From the IMG/VR virus record IMGVR_UViG_3300012664_000083, positions 1 to 28,502 of that record: a stretch of DNA of 28,502 nt, one strand, 5' to 3'. Each line of letters opens with the position of its first letter. Positions within the stretch are counted from its first letter, which is position 1. Positions 1 through 9,458 of the stretch are shown in pieces. The translations under genes and the position numbers were made by a program. The notes under the pieces are model-generated. The model was given only the letters and a program-made list of their open reading frames with translations. It was not told the DNA's origin and did not search any database. The DNA comes from a virus. Taxonomy: Duplodnaviria > Caudoviricetes.

Positions 1-249
1 GGCATGAACCCTATGGCTATGGCAGCAGCTTTGCGTGGCAAACAGCCACAAACAGGTGCAGACGCAGCAAAAATGAATGAATTTGGCGCTTATATGCCTT
101 GGACACAAGCAGCTACTGCTGAAAAATATGGCACAGACCCTTATTCACAGCAAAGCAGAATGTTAGCTTCTCAAGAGTTGGGAATGGGTAGCCCAGTTAG
201 TAATATGCCCGTAGCTGGCGCTTACGGTCAACTGTTACCAAATAATTAA
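1..249 (+). CDS. Putative internal virion/ejection protein, probably 5'-truncated
   Basis: Frame is open from base 1 (GGC ATG...). Ala/Gln/Gly/Met-rich, directly upstream of two ejection-like genes. Confidence 0.45.
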   Translation, partial: GMNPMAMAAALRGKQPQTGADAAKMNEFGAYMPWTQAATAEKYGTDPYSQQSRMLASQELGMGSPVSNMPVAGAYGQLLPNN

Positions 250-258
250 GGAATAGCT

Positions 259-1332
259 ATGGCAGACGCACTTAACTTAGCACAAGCTGGCACTATGTCG
301 CCAGAAGATTACGCCCAACAGCAAGCATTAACTCGCCAACAACAAATGGCGCAAATGCTTATGCAACAAGGTCAGCAACAGCCACAAGGTCAAATGGTTA
401 GTGGTCGTTATGTGCCTACTTCATTCTTTCAAAACATTACCCCTTTAGCTAATATTGCTGCGTCACAATATATTGGCAACAAAGCTGATACTGAAGCTGC
501 TAAATTGGCTCAAAGAATTCGTGAAGGCAAAGAATCAGAAAGACAAGCCGCTTTACAACAAATTAAAGCTGGCAATCCTACTGGCGCTTTAGAGTTACCA
601 AATGTATATGGTGGCGCTGCCCCTTATCAATCAGCATTAATTGAACAAGCTATTCCTAAGAAACCAAGCGCTGTGCAAGAGTTTGAATATGCACAACAAA
701 ACCCACAATTTGGTCAATACCAAGTTGGGTTAAAGCGTGCTGGTGCGCCTAATACTATTGTGTCTATGGGCAAGTCTATTGCTGGTGAAATTGGCCCAAT
801 GATGAAAGAAGCACAGGGAATGGCTACTGCGGCAGTTAAAACTGAAGATTCTGCTAATAGAATCACGCAAGCTATTGATAGTAATAAGTTATTTACTGGA
901 ACAGGCGCTAATGTGCGACTTGGTGCAGCACAAATAGCTAATACTTTAGGCTTTGGTGGTGACACTTTAGAAGCTAAAATTGGCAATACACGCCAAGCTA
1001 TGCAAGGTCTTGCTGAATTGACATTACAAGGTCGTCAGCAAATGCGTGGTCAAGGTGCTATTACTGAGTCTGAAAGCAAACTGGCTGAAAGAGCTATTTC
1101 TGGTGACATTAACTTTACTCCAGGTGAAATTAAACAATTGGCTGCTGCTGCTAAACGGTCATCCGCCTATACATACGATAATTACCAGTCTAAGCTACAA
1201 AGTATGGCTAAAAACCCTGATACTGCTGGTATGGTGCCTTATTATGAAGTGCCAAGAATGACTCCGCAAGGCGCAATGCCAAATCAATCCGCTATTGACG
1301 CTGAAATCGCCCGTAGACAAGGAAATAGATAA
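259..1332 (+). CDS. Putative DNA ejection (internal virion) protein, 357 aa
   Basis: AAGGA RBS at 249-253. Gln/Ala/Gly-rich, Cys/Trp-free helical protein upstream of the tail fibre genes, as for podovirus ejection proteins. Confidence 0.6.
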   Translation: MADALNLAQAGTMSPEDYAQQQALTRQQQMAQMLMQQGQQQPQGQMVSGRYVPTSFFQNITPLANIAASQYIGNKADTEAAKLAQRIREGKESERQAALQQIKAGNPTGALELPNVYGGAAPYQSALIEQAIPKKPSAVQEFEYAQQNPQFGQYQVGLKRAGAPNTIVSMGKSIAGEIGPMMKEAQGMATAAVKTEDSANRITQAIDSNKLFTGTGANVRLGAAQIANTLGFGGDTLEAKIGNTRQAMQGLAELTLQGRQQMRGQGAITESESKLAERAISGDINFTPGEIKQLAAAAKRSSAYTYDNYQSKLQSMAKNPDTAGMVPYYEVPRMTPQGAMPNQSAIDAEIARRQGNR

Positions 1333-2981
1333 TGGATTTATCCCAACTATCTGATGCTGATTTGATGGCTTTGAAAGCCAATGATTTGTCTAAAATGTCT
1401 GACCAAGGCTTAATAACTTTAAAAGGTGGTCAATCCGCTACGCCTCAAGCACAACCAGTTAAACAAACGCCCGAAATACCACAATGGCAGTCAGCTATTG
1501 TAGGCGCTGGCAAAGGTATTGTTGACCCTGCTTTGGCTATTGCGCAATATTCAGGCGGTAAGCCTGCCGAAGTTTCACAAGCTATTCAGCAACGCATGAA
1601 GCCGTTTCAAGAAGCTAACCCAATGACTTTTGGCGCTGGACAAATTGGCGGTGGCGTATTGACTGGTGGCGCTTTAATGAAAGGCGCTGGCATGATTCCT
1701 AGTTTTGCTAGGGCTAACCCTTATATTCAAGGCGCAGCAGTTGGAGGCGCTAGTGGCGCATTAACTCCTACAGAATCAGGCGTTAGTGGCATGGAAGCAG
1801 TCCAAGAAATACCTCAAAAAGTTGGTTTAGGTGCAGTAGGTGGCGCTGGTGGTACAGCACTAGGTCGTGGAGTAGCTAATGTAGTAGCACCAAAATTAAA
1901 TGAAGCTGCACAAAAATTAATTGGCGAAGGCGTTAATTTAACTCCTGGTCAAATGATGGGTGGCGCACTTAGAAAGTTAGAAGATAAGCTAACTAGCGTA
2001 CCTTTACTTGGCGATATTATTGATTACACTCGCACTAAAGGTATTGAAGAATTCAACAAAGCAGCCTTTAAGCGTGCTTTAGACCCTATTGGTGGCACAG
2101 TACCTAAAGAAACTGGGCGTGCTGGTGTGGAGGCTGTAAAGACTCAAATTAGTGATGCTTACAATACATTGCTACCTAAGATGACTTTTGTACCAGATAA
2201 ACCTTTATACGACAGCCTTTCTCGTTTGGATAAAGTGGTTGTTGGTTTGCCAAAACCAGAAACAAAAATGGTTGCAGACAATGTTAAGTCAATTATCCAA
2301 AAGCACATGCCTGAAAATGGTTTGATTAGCGGTGGCTCTTATAAAGCTATTGAGTCTGATTTAGGTGAATTGGCATCAAATTATGCTGGTTCAAGTGGCA
2401 CAGAAGCAATGGTTGGTAAAGCCTATAAATCAGCTTTAGGGCAAGTAAGAGAAGCATTAGCAAGAAGCAATCCTGACTATGCTGAAGAATTAGGCAATAT
2501 TAATAAAGCGTTTGCTAATTTCTCTCGTATTCGCAGGGCTGGGTCAATGGCTAATACCCAAGAAATGATAACCCCTAGCCAGTTAGCTAATGCTGTAAAA
2601 GCTGCCGATGAGTCTGCTGGTAAAGGCGCTACTGCTACAGGCAAAGCATTAATGCAAGACCTTACCGATGCTGGCGTACAAGTATTACCAAGTAAAATAC
2701 CTGATTCTGGTACTGCCGGAAGAAGTGCATTAGTTAATATGTTATTAGGTGCTGGTGGGGCTGCTGGTGGTAGTAGTGCTTATCAAGCGTTTCCTACGGT
2801 GACTACTGTAGGCGCTGGATTAGCTGGCGCTGCTGCTGCCCCTTATTTGCCTGGCGCAAGACAGTTAGCAACTACATTGATTGGCAAACGCCCAGAAGCA
2901 GCAAAGAAATTAGCAGATGCAATTCGTGAATTAGCCCCATACATGGCTGCACCTGCGGCTCAAAAATCAGTCGGAGAATAA
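1332..2981 (+). CDS. Putative DNA ejection (internal virion) protein, 549 aa
   Basis: TAATG coupling to the previous gene. Repeated N-terminal DLSxLSD motif, Gly/Ala-rich hydrophobic segments, no Cys. Confidence 0.6.
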   Translation: MDLSQLSDADLMALKANDLSKMSDQGLITLKGGQSATPQAQPVKQTPEIPQWQSAIVGAGKGIVDPALAIAQYSGGKPAEVSQAIQQRMKPFQEANPMTFGAGQIGGGVLTGGALMKGAGMIPSFARANPYIQGAAVGGASGALTPTESGVSGMEAVQEIPQKVGLGAVGGAGGTALGRGVANVVAPKLNEAAQKLIGEGVNLTPGQMMGGALRKLEDKLTSVPLLGDIIDYTRTKGIEEFNKAAFKRALDPIGGTVPKETGRAGVEAVKTQISDAYNTLLPKMTFVPDKPLYDSLSRLDKVVVGLPKPETKMVADNVKSIIQKHMPENGLISGGSYKAIESDLGELASNYAGSSGTEAMVGKAYKSALGQVREALARSNPDYAEELGNINKAFANFSRIRRAGSMANTQEMITPSQLANAVKAADESAGKGATATGKALMQDLTDAGVQVLPSKIPDSGTAGRSALVNMLLGAGGAAGGSSAYQAFPTVTTVGAGLAGAAAAPYLPGARQLATTLIGKRPEAAKKLADAIRELAPYMAAPAAQKSVGE

Positions 2982-2983
2982 AA

Positions 2984-3649
2984 ATGAGTAGAAACGGTAG
3001 CGGTACATATACACTCCCTGCTGGCAATCCAGTAGTTTCGGGTACAACAATTAGCTCTGCATGGGCTAATACAACCCTTAATAACATCGCTGCTGCGCTT
3101 ACTGACTCATTAGCTGCTGATGGTCAAACAACGGCTACAGGCAACCTTAAAATGGGTAATAACCGCATTACTGGGTTAGCCGATGGTATTGCAGATACAG
3201 ACGCTGCAAGTTTAGGCCAAGTAAACACTATTGTCGGAGATTATGTCCTTGTTTCAGATATTGGCGTAACTGTAGAAGCCTACAACACACATATTGTTAA
3301 AGACAATGTAGTGTCAGATTTTACAAAACAACAGTATTTTGGCAATGTAGCGTTAACTGATGCTACGACTATTGCTTGGAACGCTGAAACTGCCCAAGTA
3401 GCTACTTTTACCTTTGTTAGCTCAAATCGTACAATGGGTGCGCCAACCAATTTAGTAAGCGGAGCATACTATGGTCTTGCTATAATTCAAAATGCTGGCA
3501 GTAATACTTTGACATGGGATTCTGTGTTTAAGTGGACTGGCGGTACAGCACCAACGCTATCTACAGCAGCAGGCGCAAAGGATTACTTTGTGTTTAGAAG
3601 TGATGGCACGAATATGTATGAACAAGGTCGCTCACTAGGGGTTTCTTAA
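2984..3649 (+). CDS. Tail fibre anchor/adaptor protein, 221 aa
   Basis: GGAG RBS. N-terminus MSRNGSGTYTLPAGNPVV..TTISSAWAN..DGQT..LKMG..ITGL is typical of podovirus tail-attachment domains. C-terminal 109 aa shared with 23779-25935. Confidence 0.75.
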   Translation: MSRNGSGTYTLPAGNPVVSGTTISSAWANTTLNNIAAALTDSLAADGQTTATGNLKMGNNRITGLADGIADTDAASLGQVNTIVGDYVLVSDIGVTVEAYNTHIVKDNVVSDFTKQQYFGNVALTDATTIAWNAETAQVATFTFVSSNRTMGAPTNLVSGAYYGLAIIQNAGSNTLTWDSVFKWTGGTAPTLSTAAGAKDYFVFRSDGTNMYEQGRSLGVS

Positions 3650-6243
3650 TGACTTTACCTGTCGTATTTACAGCTAATGGGCCGTCAGGCTATAACTTAA
3701 CTAAATCTTTAAGGTTTAGAGGTAGTGCTTCTGCAACTTTAAGCCGCACTCCTGCTAGTGCTAGTAATCAACAAAAATGGACTTTAAGCACATGGGTTAA
3801 GCGTGGCACAATTTATGATGCAACATTAGATAACTATATATTTGGTGCTGGTTCTTCAGGTAGTAACAGGTTTTTATTTGGATTTGGAAATACTACAGAA
3901 AATTTAGCGGTCGTTGCTACAAATAGTGGCTCAAATGTCCTTATTTTAAATACAACCCCAGTTTATCGTGACCCATCAGCTTGGTATCACATGGTTTTGG
4001 CAATAGATACAACCCAAGCAACCGCATCAAATCGTGCAATTTTGTATGTAAATGGAGTGCAAGTTACTGCATTTTCAACAGCAACATACCCAGCACAAAA
4101 TACTAATTTGGTAGTAAACGCTACTAATGCCCATGCTTTTGGTAGCAGAGGTTATGCGGCTTCAGATTATTACGATGGCTACATGACTGAAATCAACTTT
4201 GTTGATGGTCAGCAATTAACTCCATCTTCATTTGGCTCTACAAACGCATTAACAGGTGTATGGCAACCAGCTAAATACACAGGCACTTATGGCACTAATG
4301 GCTTTTATTTACCATTTACAGACAATTCTGCAACTACTCCAGTAGGACTAGGTAAAGATTTTTCAGGCAACTCTGGCACAGCTATTGTAGGCACAACCAC
4401 AAGTGGCTCTAATTCAATGACAGTAGTGTCTTTAACTGGCATTTCTGTAGGCAATACTGTAACTGGACCTGGCATACCAACCGGAACTTATGTAACTGCT
4501 GCTTCAGTATTAACAGTAACTTTATCGCAAAACGCTACAAGCTCTAATGTAAGTCAAAGCTACACTTTTGCTGGCAATAACTGGTTTTGCAACAATATTA
4601 GCTTAACTGCTGGTAGCACTTACGATTCAATGACTGATGTACCTACATTGACAAGTGCAACAACAGGTAACTTTTGCACATGGAATCCACTTACAAAATG
4701 GCGAGGCACATTGTCAAACGGCAATCTGTCTATGTCAGGTACTGCTGGTGACACAACTGGAACAATGTCATTAACTGGTGGCAAATGGTATTACGAATGC
4801 ACCATTCTTGGCGGTACAAATGAACATAACATTGGATTTGCTACATCAAGCGTTGGTGCGTCAGCTTCTGCTGGCTCTGGAATTAGAGGTGCTGGCTCTT
4901 ATGTTATTTATTCATTCAATGGCATATTTTATAATAGCGGTTCAGCAAGCTCATCGCTAACAACCTTTGCCGCAAATGATGTAGTAATGCTTGCTTATGA
5001 CGCTGATAACGCAAAGATTTATGTTGGTAAAAACGGCACTTGGTTAAATAGTGCTGTACCAGCTTCAGGCACAGGTGCGGTATCAACAACTGCAACTGCT
5101 CCATTAAATCCTATTTATCAATTTGATTCAGGCAATGCAACTGGTTGCAATACTAACTTTGGTCAGCAACCATTTACCTACACTCCGCCTACTGGTTTTA
5201 ACGCACTCAATACTTATAACTTACCTACTAGCACTATTGTTAAAGGTAGCCCTAATTTTGATGTAAGTTTATATACTGGTACTGGTGCTACTCAAACAAT
5301 TACAACAAACGCACAATTAGCGAATGGTGCGTTAATTTGGACTAAAACAAGAAGTAACGCAGTTAACTGGGACACTCGCTCAACAGGAATGACAAATAAT
5401 TACTCATTCTTGCAAAGCAATACTACTAACGCTGAAGAAACAACGGCAACTCAATATGCTATGACATTTAGTAATGGTAGCTATACAGTTGGTGCTGGCG
5501 ATAATATTAACCAAAGCACAAGAACATTTGTGGGTTATCAATGGGCTTTAGGTTCTGCTGTATCAAATACTGCTGGTTCTATTACTTCTTCAGTTCAAGT
5601 TAATGCTTCTGCTGGGTTTAGTGTAGTTACTTATACAGGTACAGCCGCAAACGCTACTGTAGGGCATGGGTTGGGCGTTGCTCCTAGTATGGTAATTGTA
5701 AAACGCAGAGATTCAACATCAAATTGGCCCTCTTATCACAAGTCTTTAGGGGCAACTGATGGAATTTATCTTAATTTAACAAACGCAACAACAGCTTCAA
5801 CTTTATTTTGGAATGATACTGCTCCAACAAGTTCAGTATTTTCTCTTGGGTCTGGGTCTGGAACAAATGCAAGTGGTGGAACTTATGTAGCCTATTGCTG
5901 GTCACCTATTGCTGGTTATTCTGCTATGGGTAGCTATACAGGTAATGGTTCTACTGATGGCCCATTTGTATATACAGGGTTTAAGCCTAAATTTGTGATG
6001 TTTAAGCGTACAGATTCTACTGGTTCTTGGCATATATTTGATTCTTCAAGAAACCCATATAATTTGACTGATTTAAATTTATACGCAAACGGAACAAATA
6101 CTGACACTCAAAACAATCAAATTGATTTGTTAAGCAATGGCTTTAAATGCAGAAGCTCTGATACCGATGACAATGCTAGTGGCGGTACAGTTATTTACAT
6201 GGCATTTGCCGAAAACCCCTTTAAAAACGCTTTAGCGAGGTAA
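3649..6243 (+). CDS. Receptor-binding/tail protein with concanavalin-A-like (LamG) and SPRY-like domains, 864 aa
   Basis: Motifs SLRF..WTLSTWVKRG, YRDPSAWYH, YDGYMTEINFVDG, GKWYYE, NFGQQPF, VGHGLGVAP, YTGNG..GPFVYTGFKP, YMAFAENPF; Thr/Ser/Gly-rich beta composition. Confidence 0.8.
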   Translation: MTLPVVFTANGPSGYNLTKSLRFRGSASATLSRTPASASNQQKWTLSTWVKRGTIYDATLDNYIFGAGSSGSNRFLFGFGNTTENLAVVATNSGSNVLILNTTPVYRDPSAWYHMVLAIDTTQATASNRAILYVNGVQVTAFSTATYPAQNTNLVVNATNAHAFGSRGYAASDYYDGYMTEINFVDGQQLTPSSFGSTNALTGVWQPAKYTGTYGTNGFYLPFTDNSATTPVGLGKDFSGNSGTAIVGTTTSGSNSMTVVSLTGISVGNTVTGPGIPTGTYVTAASVLTVTLSQNATSSNVSQSYTFAGNNWFCNNISLTAGSTYDSMTDVPTLTSATTGNFCTWNPLTKWRGTLSNGNLSMSGTAGDTTGTMSLTGGKWYYECTILGGTNEHNIGFATSSVGASASAGSGIRGAGSYVIYSFNGIFYNSGSASSSLTTFAANDVVMLAYDADNAKIYVGKNGTWLNSAVPASGTGAVSTTATAPLNPIYQFDSGNATGCNTNFGQQPFTYTPPTGFNALNTYNLPTSTIVKGSPNFDVSLYTGTGATQTITTNAQLANGALIWTKTRSNAVNWDTRSTGMTNNYSFLQSNTTNAEETTATQYAMTFSNGSYTVGAGDNINQSTRTFVGYQWALGSAVSNTAGSITSSVQVNASAGFSVVTYTGTAANATVGHGLGVAPSMVIVKRRDSTSNWPSYHKSLGATDGIYLNLTNATTASTLFWNDTAPTSSVFSLGSGSGTNASGGTYVAYCWSPIAGYSAMGSYTGNGSTDGPFVYTGFKPKFVMFKRTDSTGSWHIFDSSRNPYNLTDLNLYANGTNTDTQNNQIDLLSNGFKCRSSDTDDNASGGTVIYMAFAENPFKNALAR

Positions 6244-6245
6244 TT

Positions 6246-6839
6246 ATGTTTTATTGCACACAAAACCAACAATACATTAACGAAGGTACAGCTTTTGAAA
6301 TCAATGGTGTACAGTACCCAGCTAACTGGTTAAATCTGTCCACACCTGAAGAAAAAGCTGACATTGGCTTAGAAGAAGTTATTGCTACTAATCAACCAGC
6401 AAACGACACTTACTATTGGGTTAGTCAGACATTAGTTGGCCCTGACCTTACTTATACCAACACACCAAAAGACTTAACTGGCGTAAAAACTAACGCACTT
6501 AGTTTAGTAAATACTACAGCATACTCATTGTTACAGCCTAGCGATTGGATGGTAGTAAAAGCTACTGAAACTTCTACCCCTGTTAATCCTGACTGGAATA
6601 GCTGGAGAGCAAGCATTAGAGCCTGTGCTGACAATGCTCGCACTTTAATTACACAAGCCTTTGATGTTGACGCAGTAGCAGGTGTAATGGGTGCAATTAT
6701 TTGGCCTAAATCACCATCGACATTGGTGGCTGAAGCGGCACAAGCGGCTGAAGAAGTAACTGAGGAAGTGGTTGAGCCAGTAGTTGAAGAAACGCCCGTA
6801 GTTGACTCTGTAGTTGAAACACCAACTGAGGTTGCATAA
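6246..6839 (+). CDS. Tail fibre assembly chaperone-like protein with acidic C-terminal tail
   Basis: GAGG RBS. QYPANWL motif and LL..SDWMV...W..WRASIR...WP segment typical of fibre chaperones; follows the fibre genes. Confidence 0.6.
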   Translation: MFYCTQNQQYINEGTAFEINGVQYPANWLNLSTPEEKADIGLEEVIATNQPANDTYYWVSQTLVGPDLTYTNTPKDLTGVKTNALSLVNTTAYSLLQPSDWMVVKATETSTPVNPDWNSWRASIRACADNARTLITQAFDVDAVAGVMGAIIWPKSPSTLVAEAAQAAEEVTEEVVEPVVEETPVVDSVVETPTEVA

Positions 6840-7027
6840 TGTTGCTAATCTCTTGGGTATTTGACAAACTAGGTTATATGCCAAAAGTGACAGTTGACAC
6901 TAATTGGCCTTTTCCTGCTACACAACAAGATTATGTAGCGCCTGATTTTGAAAAGCCAATCAAGAAAGTAGCCAAAAAGACTGCTAAAATACCTAAAGCG
7001 ACTACTCGCAAACCTAAAACTAAGTGA
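6839..7027 (+). CDS. Small hypothetical protein with Lys-rich C-terminus
   Basis: GAGG RBS and TAATG coupling; WPFP motif; tail KKVAKKTAKIPKATTRKPKTK. Confidence 0.6.
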   Translation: MLLISWVFDKLGYMPKVTVDTNWPFPATQQDYVAPDFEKPIKKVAKKTAKIPKATTRKPKTK

Positions 7028-7034
7028 GTAGCGT

Positions 7035-7250
7035 ATGGCAGACCTTGACAATTTCGACATGTTTAAATTTGGTGGATTGGTTAACCAAGTTGAAAACTTA
7101 CAAATTAAAGTAGATAAGCTAGAAGAAGGCATGGAAGAATTGCTTGCTTTGGCTAACAAAGGTCGGGGTGGCTTCTGGGCTGGCATGGCAATCGTGTCAG
7201 CTTTCTCAACATTCGTGGGATTTGTAACGCACTACTTCATGGGCAAATGA
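7035..7250 (+). CDS. Coiled-coil plus single-TM membrane protein (holin/antiholin-like)
   Basis: Heptad N-terminus, then KGRGGFWAGMAIVSAFSTFVGFV TM segment; first gene of the lysis cluster. Confidence 0.6.
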   Translation: MADLDNFDMFKFGGLVNQVENLQIKVDKLEEGMEELLALANKGRGGFWAGMAIVSAFSTFVGFVTHYFMGK

Positions 7251-7251
7251 T

Positions 7252-7698
7252 GTGGCCTACGGATTACCTGAAAGCGCTAAAGCCCTTGCAGACAGCATTA
7301 ACGCAAGCAGAGGGGCATCTAAAGAGTTGTCTAACTCTATTGAAGGTATACAGCGAGATGGCCTGGATGTCGCCCAACAAAAAGCCCAAGAAAGACTCAG
7401 ATTAAAGCGTGAAGCTGAAGTCAAAAAACAGCTTGCTATACACAAAGCCCTTGCAGAATACAAAAACAGAAAATTAATCAGCGAAGAAGAATTTAAGCTA
7501 AAAACTGAGTTTATTAGAAAGTATGGCGCTAAAGACTGGGAAGAAGTGTTGAAGATTAAGAATGAGCTAGAAAGACTGGAAAAGCTAGAAAAGCAACAGT
7601 TTGACGAAGATTTAAAAAAAGTGCGTTATGTGCAGTTTTGGTGTTTTTTAGCAGCAGCATGGATAGCTTGGTATTTAACCTGGGGAATTAAGGAGTAG
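7252..7698 (+). CDS. Coiled-coil protein with C-terminal TM anchor (lysis cluster)
   Basis: GTG start with weak RBS; charged helical body and YVQFWCFLAAAWIAWYLTW anchor. Confidence 0.55.
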   Translation: MAYGLPESAKALADSINASRGASKELSNSIEGIQRDGLDVAQQKAQERLRLKREAEVKKQLAIHKALAEYKNRKLISEEEFKLKTEFIRKYGAKDWEEVLKIKNELERLEKLEKQQFDEDLKKVRYVQFWCFLAAAWIAWYLTWGIKE

Positions 7699-7700
7699 TT

Positions 7701-8108
7701 ATGTTTGGTATAGACGACATTGTTAGTGTAGGAATGAAGCTAGTTGACAAGCTAATTCCCGACCCAGAAGCTAAAGCTAAAGCCCAGCTTGACCTTGCTA
7801 AATTAGCGCAAGACGGCAAACTTGCCGATATACAAGCCGATGTGCAAGAAGCACAGGAGCTCACCAAGCGCTTGCAAGCTGATATGGCTAGTGACTCTTG
7901 GTTAAGTAAAAATATACGCCCTATGACGCTTATAGCTATCCTAGCAGGCTACTTTACATTTGCTATGCTGTCAGCTTTTAACATTGAAACAAACAAATCT
8001 TATGTTGAATTGTTGGGTCAATGGGGCATGTTGATTATGTCGTTTTACTTTGGTGGTCGCACTCTAGAAAAAATCATTGATATGAGGGCTAAAAATGGAA
8101 AAGAATAA
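7701..8108 (+). CDS. Holin of the 3TM (GTA-holin-like) family
   Basis: AAGGAG RBS; LIPDPEAKAKA, SDSWLSKNIRP and FYFGGRTLEK motifs with TM segments; upstream of the endolysin. Confidence 0.75.
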   Translation: MFGIDDIVSVGMKLVDKLIPDPEAKAKAQLDLAKLAQDGKLADIQADVQEAQELTKRLQADMASDSWLSKNIRPMTLIAILAGYFTFAMLSAFNIETNKSYVELLGQWGMLIMSFYFGGRTLEKIIDMRAKNGKE

Positions 8109-8313
8109 ATTAAGCACTTATGTTACTTTTTCTGTAACTATTACACTTTGCGTAGTGGTTATTGGCATGGTCGGCACAATGATGGCTGGCATGTTTGACG
8201 CTGATGTCAGTAACGACAAAATATTTGAAGCAATTACCCCAGCTTTTCAGACAATTATTGGTGGATTTATTGGCTTAATTACAGGTATTAAACTAGGACA
8301 AGACGATGAGTGA
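8095..8313 (+). CDS. Small two-TM membrane protein (holin-like)
   Basis: GAGG RBS; two hydrophobic segments; PAFQTIIGGFIGL motif. Confidence 0.6.
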   Translation: MEKNKLSTYVTFSVTITLCVVVIGMVGTMMAGMFDADVSNDKIFEAITPAFQTIIGGFIGLITGIKLGQDDE

Positions 8314-8818
8314 TAGCTTTAAAGAATGTTTAGATTTATTGTTAAAATCTGAAGGTGGTTGGGTAAACCATCCTAGCGACCCAGGCGGTGAAACCAATTT
8401 AGGCGTTACCAAACGTGTTTGGGAAGAATATGTAGGCCACCCTGTAGAAAGCCTTAAAAAGCTAACTAAAGAAGATGTAGCACCCTTGTACGAATTAAAA
8501 TACTGGAGGCCTTGCTACTGTGAAGTATTACCTAGAGGACTCGATTTTGCTGTCTTTTCAATGGGAGTTAACGCAGGGCCAGGAAGAAGCATTAAACTGC
8601 TTCAGCAAGCTATTGGCTGTGTACCTGATGGAGTTATCGGACCAAAAACAAGAGAGCTTATTTCCAACAGTAATAGCGCAGATATTATCGCAAAATTCTC
8701 TGAAACTAGACGGCACTATTACGAGTCATTAAAGACCTTCCCTGTCTTTGGCAAGGGATGGCTTGCACGAGTAGACAGAGAAGAATTAGAAGCGTTAAAT
8801 ATGGCTAAAAACGGCTGA
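8306..8818 (+). CDS. Endolysin, glycoside hydrolase family 108 with C-terminal peptidoglycan-binding domain
   Basis: EGGWVNHPSDPGGETNLGVT catalytic motif, YW, VNAGPGR, DGVIGPKT, FGKGWLARV. Confidence 0.9.
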   Translation: MSDSFKECLDLLLKSEGGWVNHPSDPGGETNLGVTKRVWEEYVGHPVESLKKLTKEDVAPLYELKYWRPCYCEVLPRGLDFAVFSMGVNAGPGRSIKLLQQAIGCVPDGVIGPKTRELISNSNSADIIAKFSETRRHYYESLKTFPVFGKGWLARVDREELEALNMAKNG

Positions 8819-9019
8819 CCTGTGCGTATTAAGCAAGTCTAAAGGTTTCTCTAAACGCTTTGCAGCATTGCTAGGGTGGCAACACCATTTGTCACCCATT
8901 TGCTCAATCAGCTCTTTAGTACGCATTTTGTTATGCTCAACTAGCAACTCGTAAATGTCATAGCTAAAGTGGCCTGCTTTAATCATTTGCTTGAGTAAAT
9001 CTCTGTCGTTATTTGTCAT
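8795..9019 (-). CDS. Hypothetical protein, last gene of the leftward arm
   Basis: ATGA coupling at 9016-9019; overlaps the endolysin 3' end by 24 bp. Confidence 0.65.
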   Translation of the reverse strand: MTNNDRDLLKQMIKAGHFSYDIYELLVEHNKMRTKELIEQMGDKWCCHPSNAAKRLEKPLDLLNTHRSAVFSHI

Positions 9020-9279
9020 TTCTCTTGTGCCTTTCTTATGCCAAATTTAGGGTGCGTTTTTCTTAATTCTAAAGTTTCGGCATCAATTTCTTTAATTTTC
9101 TTTTCCGTTGCTTTTTTGGCTTGCAATTCAGACAAATATTCGCCCAAATAATCGCCATTAACCCTAGAAATCCAAGTGTTATCGCTTATTGAAATTCTAG
9201 TAACTGTTCCAATAATTTTTCCTGTTTGTTGCTCGTTGTAATAAGCACTATGCCTTCTTTCATTCCATTCATATTTCAT
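9016..9279 (-). CDS. Hypothetical cassette protein ending RKAQEK (start revised to MKYEW at 9279)
   Basis: ATGA stop/start overlap at 9276-9279 matches the other cassettes, so it is preferred to the ORF-track start at 9297. Confidence 0.7.
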   Translation of the reverse strand: MKYEWNERRHSAYYNEQQTGKIIGTVTRISISDNTWISRVNGDYLGEYLSELQAKKATEKKIKEIDAETLELRKTHPKFGIRKAQEK

Positions 9280-9458
9280 TTCTCTTGTGCCTTCCATTCG
9301 CTATAAAAATACCTATAAACAGGCAATAATCCAAACAGCCAAGTGCCTACCTTTTCTTTATCAATTTCCCTGTATTCAACGATTGGTGCTTCTTGGTGTG
9401 GCACATAACGAATTCGCAGAAATTCATCGTTTTTAAATCTTGGAATAACCCTAATCAT
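9276..9458 (-). CDS. Hypothetical cassette protein ending WKAQEK
   Basis: ATGA coupling at both ends; WLFGLLPVY motif. Confidence 0.7.
   Translation of the reverse strand: MIRVIPRFKNDEFLRIRYVPHQEAPIVEYREIDKEKVGTWLFGLLPVYRYFYSEWKAQEK

Noticed and set aside
3320-3649. Duplicated fibre C-terminus as a DGR template/variable repeat pair
   Set aside because: No reverse transcriptase in the window, both copies are coding, and the differences include T/C and G/C changes rather than adenine-specific ones.
8795-8818. Intrinsic terminator at the convergent lysis/early junction
   Set aside because: The genes overlap by 24 bp and I see no GC hairpin with a U-tract on either strand.
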